Origin: Aeropyrum pernix K1
Lineage (GTDB): Archaea; Thermoproteota; Thermoprotei_A; Sulfolobales; Acidilobaceae
Reading direction: 5' to 3'
Length of the DNA: 32,000 nucleotides
Assembly: GCF_000011125.1 (NCBI RefSeq)
Contig: NC_000854.2
Span: forward strand, 90,001-122,000
Below the pieces are notes generated by a model. The model made no database searches, was not told the origin of the DNA, and saw nothing but the letters and a program-made list of their open reading frames with translations. Of this stretch, positions 26,472-32,000 are shown piece after piece (within the stretch, counting starts at the first letter, position 1; every line of letters starts with the position of its first letter). A program made the translations under genes and the position numbers.

Positions 26472-27632
26472 TCAGGTTGAGAGAAGGATCCATGCTACTA
26501 CAGATAAGGAAACAACGCCTAGAAGGTCGACGAGGCTGGTGGCGAGGGGCATGGCTATAGCGTCAGGGTCAAGGCCAGCCCTTATGGAAACTACCACTAG
26601 AAGCCAAGCTATTAACGAGCCAAGTATAGACAGCACTATGGAGACAAGCAGGGAGGCTAATACAATCTGGGGCCCCACACTACCTTCGCCCACGGAGGCA
26701 AGTACATATCCGATAACGCCTATGTACAGAGCTGAAGGTATCGCACCCACTGTAATTTTGAACAATGTTGAAATCATAGAAGGTAGGTCAAGGTAGTGGC
26801 CATAGAGTGACACGGAGGTTGTGGCGGCAGACGCCATGCTCCCTGCAACGGAGCCAGCTAGTTTGTTAAGAGGAGGTAGCACTGGCAACAGCCCCGTAGC
26901 GGCAAGGACAGGGGCTGTAGCGCTAAGTAATACACCGGCTATCATTTCAACAACCTGTAAAGCGAAATTGCTGAATGTAGTGTCTATCGTTAGCCTAAAG
27001 TCATATGCAGCCGCAGAAAAAGCTAAAGCTAGCGAAAAAGTAACTACTGCCACTAGATAAATACCTTCGTCCATGCGCGATACCATAGAGAATGCTACAA
27101 TAGCTAAGATGAGAACGGCCATGTCAATAATGCTCGTTAGGATGGCGGGCATCACGTTATCCGGGGAAACGCCCAATCTTAGGAGCATCACAATAATGAT
27201 CCAGGTTAGAAGTGTCAATACTAGTAAGACACCCAACAATGTTATGAGAGCGGCTGGAACCATCATAACAGGCTCAAGACCAAGTGCTATCGAAGTAGCT
27301 GTGGAGAAAACGGTGGTTAAAAAGATGCCGGATGCAGCCGAAACCGCCAAACCAGTTAAATAAACCTCTGGTCCCGCGCCTCCTAGTACATGGTTGCTTA
27401 TAGCCCTGCTTGATAGGGACAGCAGGAGGCCTCCCGTCAACGCCGATAACTGTGGATATAGGGCGAGGAGGCCTCTCTGGCCCACGAGATAGTTTGAAAA
27501 CATAGATATAACTACCATGTTTATGGTGTCGAATAGGTTGCCCGCTAGTAGCCCGCCAGCCACCTCTAAGCTATCCCTATAGCCCCTCAGCCTCCGCCAT
27601 GCTGCAAGCGCGAAACTTAATACCGACGACAA
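26472..27632 (-). CDS. SLC41/MgtE-type divalent cation permease-like protein with internal duplication
   Basis: Two related repeats: 'RLGVSPDNVMPAILTSIIDMAVLILAIVAF' and 'RAGLDPDAIAMPLATSLVDLLGVVSLSVVAW', matching the conserved MgtE membrane-domain pattern. Confidence 0.65.
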   Translation of the reverse strand: MSSVLSFALAAWRRLRGYRDSLEVAGGLLAGNLFDTINMVVISMFSNYLVGQRGLLALYPQLSALTGGLLLSLSSRAISNHVLGGAGPEVYLTGLAVSAASGIFLTTVFSTATSIALGLEPVMMVPAALITLLGVLLVLTLLTWIIIVMLLRLGVSPDNVMPAILTSIIDMAVLILAIVAFSMVSRMDEGIYLVAVVTFSLALAFSAAAYDFRLTIDTTFSNFALQVVEMIAGVLLSATAPVLAATGLLPVLPPLNKLAGSVAGSMASAATTSVSLYGHYLDLPSMISTLFKITVGAIPSALYIGVIGYVLASVGEGSVGPQIVLASLLVSIVLSILGSLIAWLLVVVSIRAGLDPDAIAMPLATSLVDLLGVVSLSVVAWILLST

Positions 27633-27704
27633 CCCCTACGCCCCACCCGCCACCATATTATCCTAGAGCAACGTGTGATCGAACCCCCAGGAGGGGATTG
27701 GTTC

Positions 27705-28445
27705 CTACCGCTTGTATAGCCGGAGAGCCTCCCTTAACATGGGTATCTCCCTTAGCTTTTCCGGCGTGACCTTCTCCGGCAGTATACCAGGAGGCCTGGC
27801 CCCCCTGTTTTCTGCATGAATTAATCTAGTGGGTGTTGATATTATGTCTACGGATACGTCGTGCTCCTCCTGAGGCAACCTGTGGGGCAGTACCTGGAGG
27901 TCGTGGACTGTAGTGGCTATTGCTACTTCCCTATCAAGTATCCCTGCTTCCACAAGTATTGCGAACTCAAGGTCACCGTAGCCCTCGCCCTTTCCAAGCC
28001 TTTCACCCCATCGATTTACAGCCACACTCCCCTCCACTACAAAATCTATCTTTTCAACATGCTGGACTAAATCTTGAATGCTGGCGAGTGGTCGTGCCAG
28101 GCGGAATGCCCCCTTTATTGTTGAGCCAACCCTGTAGAGGTTCCTGGGGATAGTTGAGGGGTCTAGTAGGAGGAAGCCGCTCCTCAGTCTGGGTGTCGGC
28201 ATTAGAAGCAGTTTCCCCTCCTCGAGGGCCCTCAGCCTAACCCATCTCTGAGGCGAGTCCGGGTTTACCTTGATAGTAGAAGAATTCTGCCACTCGCGAA
28301 GGCTAAAAAGCCTTAGGGCAGCTTCCCTGGCTCCTCTAAAGTTTGGGATCCTCCCCCAAGCTCCAGGCGGAAGAGTTACACCCTTTTCTTCGAGGAGCCT
28401 CCATACCCTCTCCCTTATAGCCTGCTTCTCATTACTCCTATCCAT
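27705..28445 (-). CDS. 5-formyltetrahydrofolate cyclo-ligase family protein
   Basis: 'KQAIRERVWRLLEEKG...IPNFRGAREAALRL' and 'GERLGKGEGYGDLEFAIL' with 'VHDLQVLPHRLPQEEHDVSVDIISTPT'. Confidence 0.85.
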   Translation of the reverse strand: MDRSNEKQAIRERVWRLLEEKGVTLPPGAWGRIPNFRGAREAALRLFSLREWQNSSTIKVNPDSPQRWVRLRALEEGKLLLMPTPRLRSGFLLLDPSTIPRNLYRVGSTIKGAFRLARPLASIQDLVQHVEKIDFVVEGSVAVNRWGERLGKGEGYGDLEFAILVEAGILDREVAIATTVHDLQVLPHRLPQEEHDVSVDIISTPTRLIHAENRGARPPGILPEKVTPEKLREIPMLREALRLYKR

Positions 28446-29157
28446 ACCTCTTCACCCTTCTGGCAACTCTCTCCAGCGCCGCGTCGTCTCCCGGGGCTGA
28501 GACGAGGACGCCGTCAACAAGTCTGCCTGAAACCATCTTCTCAGCTAGATCGAGGACCTCATTTTCGGTGTACATGGCTGACGTTATCTTCCCCTGCATT
28601 AATCTTACGCTTTTCTCTGTTGCTATGACGAGGTAGGCTATAACCTCCCCTGCATAAGCCTGCCTAATCTTCTCTAGCTTCCACAGGTAGTGCTTCGAGG
28701 AATTCAGCACTAGGACGAAGTCCGGGTTTAATCTTAGCCTTTCAAACATTTCCTGAACGCTTCTCCTCAGGCTTAATATGAATCCTAGCTTCACGCCAAA
28801 CCTTTCTCTGTATCTAGCCGCTATTTCGTAAGCCTCCTCAGGCTTCAGCCCAACCTCCCGCCCAAGGGGATCGCCTCGGAGCAGGACTATGTTTGATACG
28901 CCCAGGGATGATAGCGTTTTGACAATGGCTTTCAGGCTGTGAACGCTATAGTCTACCGTCCTAATGTGCGCAACAATACGCTCTCCCCCAACCCTGCAGG
29001 ATAGGTATGACGCCGCTATGGGGGAGGAGAAGGCCACGCCCACAGGCTGGTCGGGTATATCTATCTTGTCGGCGAAGCTAAGGTACTTCAACGCTTTGGC
29101 AGCCATCTCTAGGCCGTAGACTGGCTTTAGCTCCACCCACACCTCCACAGAGGTCAC
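28438..29157 (-). CDS. Methylenetetrahydrofolate reductase-like TIM-barrel protein
   Basis: 'VGGERIVAHIRTVDYSVHSLKAIVKTLSSLGVSNIVLLRGDPLG' resembles the MetF core. Its stop region overlaps the cyclo-ligase start by 8 nt. Confidence 0.6.
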   Translation of the reverse strand: MTSVEVWVELKPVYGLEMAAKALKYLSFADKIDIPDQPVGVAFSSPIAASYLSCRVGGERIVAHIRTVDYSVHSLKAIVKTLSSLGVSNIVLLRGDPLGREVGLKPEEAYEIAARYRERFGVKLGFILSLRRSVQEMFERLRLNPDFVLVLNSSKHYLWKLEKIRQAYAGEVIAYLVIATEKSVRLMQGKITSAMYTENEVLDLAEKMVSGRLVDGVLVSAPGDDAALERVARRVKRYG

Positions 29158-29247
29158 CCCACTGATCCTTTGCGCCGTCTATGTTAGCACTTTGAAGTCG
29201 CTCGATAGCGCGGGCTTGCACCTATATAGACGTCGTTTAAGACACCT

Positions 29248-30117
29248 TTAAATCCCGAGGGTACCCAGGGCGAAGGCTATCAGGCCTATAAGCATATAAC
29301 CTAGAACCCTATTCTTGTGGGCCAGGACATTCTCCCTAGTCGGCCGCTTTACTATAAGCAAAGCTTCTCTCAGAACAAGTAGCGTTAACAGGAGTATGAA
29401 TGGGGTGTATATGAGAGGATCGACGTAGCCGTAGATCAGGGGTATGTAGCCGAGGGCCGCCGAGGCTAGGTAGAGGGCTGAGGCTACAGCTGCCGCGGTC
29501 TTCTTACCGAACACCACGGCCACAGTCCTTACACCAGCAGCCTTGTCTCCCTCAACGTCTGGCACCCCTTTCGCCACCTCCCTCCCCAGCACTGCTAAGA
29601 AAACCATTGTCGAGAACACGGACATCGGCCCTCCTAGGCCGCCGGCCTCTAGTGAAGCGTACATGAAAGGTGCTGATACAAGGGCGGCCACCACTATGTT
29701 TCCCGGGAGGCCTGTCCTCTTGAGTAGAGTATTATACAGGAGGGAAAGTGCTAGGCCTCCTAGGTAGAATGCTGTTGTGATTAAATCTACAGAGATTGCT
29801 GCTAGGAATCCTAGAGCAGCCAAGAATATCGATAATATGGTCGCTTCTACAGTGGAAACCTTACCAGCAGGAAGTGGCCTGTGGGGCGCGTTTATCCTGT
29901 CTATCTCGAGATCTATTATGTCGTTGGTGATCATGGCGACCGAGGAGAGGCAGTAGCCTGCAACCACTACCGCCATTAGATCTATGGGTGTGAACCCTTG
30001 GAACGACCACCTTGAGGCTATACCTAATGAAAGGATTATTGCAAGACTGACCATTAGCGAGTTTACCGGCCTAGTTATCTCGATAGCAGCCTTCACCTTT
30101 TCCCGGGCACTCGCCAA
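29248..30117 (-). CDS. UbiA family prenyltransferase, probable digeranylgeranylglycerylphosphate synthase
   Basis: 'NDIIDLEIDRINAPHRPLPAGKVS' and 'DVEGDKAAGVRTVAVVFGKKTA' (two DxxxD-type motifs of archaeal DGGGP synthases). Confidence 0.88.
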   Translation of the reverse strand: MASAREKVKAAIEITRPVNSLMVSLAIILSLGIASRWSFQGFTPIDLMAVVVAGYCLSSVAMITNDIIDLEIDRINAPHRPLPAGKVSTVEATILSIFLAALGFLAAISVDLITTAFYLGGLALSLLYNTLLKRTGLPGNIVVAALVSAPFMYASLEAGGLGGPMSVFSTMVFLAVLGREVAKGVPDVEGDKAAGVRTVAVVFGKKTAAAVASALYLASAALGYIPLIYGYVDPLIYTPFILLLTLLVLREALLIVKRPTRENVLAHKNRVLGYMLIGLIAFALGTLGI

Positions 30118-30169
30118 TCTAGGCCCCAGAGAATGTGGAGCCCTCGGTTAGAAGCTTTTACTATTTTAG

Positions 30170-31858
30170 ATGCTAACCCGATCAATGGTATTGGTAAATG
30201 AAGCGTGGTGGGTGGAGCCGTTGCCCGTACACTGGGTCGATAAGCTTGTTGCGGAGTTAGAGGCGAAGCTCCAGAATAGGGGTAAGGACGAGTATATCTT
30301 CAACGGCGGTCTAAGCGTTAGCGGGCTCCAGCACATAGGGAGGCTAAGGGGCGAGGTCCTCCTTGGGGAGGCAGTCAGGAGAGAGCTTGAGAAGAGAGGC
30401 TTCAGAGTTAAGCAGCTTCTAACACTGTACACAGTAGATCCCTGGAAAGGGAAGGATGAACAGAGGAGGGAATTCCCCGATCCGAAGGCTGCAGAGAGAT
30501 ATGTGGGCTGGCCTCTTGATAGGGTGCCAGATCCTAAGGGCTGCCATGCTAGCTGGGTCGACCACTTCTGGAGCGACTTCGGGCCATATATAGGAGTCTT
30601 TACCGACGGCAAGATAGAGGTGGTTACAACACGAGAATTGTACAAGGGCAGGCTGAAAGAATTCATAACCACCATGGTGCTGCCCCGCAGGGATGAAATA
30701 AGGAGGGTTATAAACAAGTATAGGGGGCGTAAGCCCTACCAGGAGGGGTGGATACCCCTCGAGCCGCGGTGTGCACGCTGCGGCAGGATAGACTCAACCG
30801 AGGCTCTAGAGATTCTAGGGGGAGAGAGGGTTAGGTACAGGTGCAGCTACTGCGGCTACCAAGGTGAGTCGAGCATTGAGGATTCTAAGCTAAACTGGAG
30901 GATAGAGTGGGCTGGCGTCTGGTGGAGCCTCGGAGTCGATTTCGAACCCTACGGTAAGGACCACGCAACACCCGGCGGAAGCAGGGATAGCGCAGCCGAG
31001 CTGGCCAGGCTTCTGGGGTTCGAGCCGCCGGAGGGTGTGTGGTACGAGTGGGTATCCCTTAGGGCTGGGGGTAGAGAGGCTGACATGAGCAGCAGCGGCT
31101 TCACGGGAATAACTCCCCGGGAGTGGCTTGACATAGCACACCCCCAGATCCTAAGGTTCATATACTTTCTGCATCCGCCGACTAGGCGGGTAGTAGTCGA
31201 CCTGTCAGAGATCCCAAGCTATTATAGCCAGTACTATAGGGCTGAGAGGATATACTTCGGCATAGAGGAGGCCTCTACGGTTGAGGAGACGAGATACCTA
31301 GCTAGGACCTACGAGCTTAGCCATCCCTCGAACCCCCCCGCGAAGCCTCCCTCACAGATCCCATACAGCCACGCAGCAATAGTTGCGCAGGTGGTCGGCC
31401 CTGAAAGGCTGTGGACCGATGGTCTCGAGAGGCTTAAGAGGGCAGGCCTTCTGGGCCATGACGAGTATAGCATCCGGTGGGCAAAAGAGCTACTCGAAAA
31501 GGCCTACAAATGGGCTAGGAGATATGCGCCTAAGCACCTAAAGTTCGAGATACCTGACTCGCCTCCCGAGGATGCATTAAGGAGGATAGAAAAGCCCGAC
31601 TTGCTTGAGAAGCTGGCGGAGGTCCTCGAGAGTGTTGAGGAGTGGAGTGAGGAAAGGATAAAGCAGGCCTTAGTGGAGTTTGGTGAGGGCATGAGTAGTA
31701 GTGAGAGGAGAAGGTTCTACAGGGACTTCTACCTAGCCATCGTAGGGAGGCCGGAGGGGCCCAGGGCGGCCCCTCTACTGAGTCTTATGGATCGCGGATT
31801 CGTTGTTGACAGGCTCAGGAAGGCGGCTAACCTGTCGAGGGAGCTAAAAGGTAGGTAA
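30170..31858 (+). CDS. lysS: Class I lysyl-tRNA synthetase
   Basis: 'HWVDKLVAEL', 'FNGGLSVSGLQHIGRLRGEVLL' (HIGH-like), 'YRCSYCGYQGE', 'GKDHATPGGSRDSA', 'ADMSSSGFTGITPREWL' (KMSKS-like). Confidence 0.95.
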   Translation: MLTRSMVLVNEAWWVEPLPVHWVDKLVAELEAKLQNRGKDEYIFNGGLSVSGLQHIGRLRGEVLLGEAVRRELEKRGFRVKQLLTLYTVDPWKGKDEQRREFPDPKAAERYVGWPLDRVPDPKGCHASWVDHFWSDFGPYIGVFTDGKIEVVTTRELYKGRLKEFITTMVLPRRDEIRRVINKYRGRKPYQEGWIPLEPRCARCGRIDSTEALEILGGERVRYRCSYCGYQGESSIEDSKLNWRIEWAGVWWSLGVDFEPYGKDHATPGGSRDSAAELARLLGFEPPEGVWYEWVSLRAGGREADMSSSGFTGITPREWLDIAHPQILRFIYFLHPPTRRVVVDLSEIPSYYSQYYRAERIYFGIEEASTVEETRYLARTYELSHPSNPPAKPPSQIPYSHAAIVAQVVGPERLWTDGLERLKRAGLLGHDEYSIRWAKELLEKAYKWARRYAPKHLKFEIPDSPPEDALRRIEKPDLLEKLAEVLESVEEWSEERIKQALVEFGEGMSSSERRRFYRDFYLAIVGRPEGPRAAPLLSLMDRGFVVDRLRKAANLSRELKGR

Positions 31859-32000
31859 CCCTACTGCCGTCCGGCGACTTGAACACCATCTTCAAAGGCT
31901 TGTCGGTGGAGAACGACAGCTCTATGCTCTCAGCTATCTTAGCCACACCAAGCATCCTCTTCAAGTAGCCCACGTCGTACCTGCTTGTGGCCGGCTCCTT
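31827..32000 (-). CDS. pcn: PCNA/sliding clamp, C-terminal 57 aa (partial, extends beyond the window)
   Basis: My translation of the reverse strand: KEPATSRYDVGYLKRMLGVAKIAESIELSFSTDKPLKMVFKSPDGSRVTYLLAPSTG*. Matches the PCNA C-terminal pattern 'YLkkmlk..k.a..v.l.f..d.PlklvF...G.v.YllAP'. Not in the supplied ORF track. Confidence 0.88.
   Translation of the reverse strand, partial: KEPATSRYDVGYLKRMLGVAKIAESIELSFSTDKPLKMVFKSPDGSRVTYLLAPSTG

Noticed and set aside
1-32000. CRISPR arrays, insertion sequences, integrases, toxin-antitoxin or defence islands
   Set aside because: No regularly spaced repeats, transposase/integrase motifs or defence-type domains were seen. Gene content is core chromosomal.

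Overview
This window is a densely coding 32 kb segment of a hyperthermophilic crenarchaeal chromosome. It is probably Aeropyrum: the Orc1/Cdc6 protein at 22105-23343 matches, from memory, the A. pernix ORC2 protein. I found no CRISPR array, transposon, integrase, phage module, rRNA or convincing tRNA. From left to right the content is: the 5'-truncated end of an A24-family prepilin/archaellin peptidase; a HIT plus DHH phosphoesterase pair; a five-gene cell-envelope-type cluster (DUF4129, DUF4350, MoxR AAA+, DUF58, membrane protein); a DUF424 gene; ETF beta/alpha; a DUF1646 transporter; a gamma-glutamyltransferase; a tandem Usp protein; an RlmI-like methyltransferase; a DtxR-like regulator; an ESCRT-III (CdvB-paralog) gene divergent from cdvA; proC; archaemetzincin; archease; nth; a possible THUMP-like gene; an Orc1/Cdc6 gene; a small wHTH gene; a TrmB-like regulator; a three-gene membrane cluster including an SLC41/MgtE-like permease; a folate C1 pair; a UbiA-family DGGGP synthase; class I lysyl-tRNA synthetase; and a PCNA 3' end missing from the ORF track. 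The most interesting items are the ESCRT-III/cdvA divergent locus, the MoxR/DUF58/DUF4129/DUF4350 cluster, the uncharacterised MgtE-like membrane cluster, candidate regulatory palindromes next to the DtxR, TrmB and Orc genes, two candidate RNA folds, and the lysS/PCNA convergent overlap. I did not find clear evidence for a wholly new defence or mobile system.
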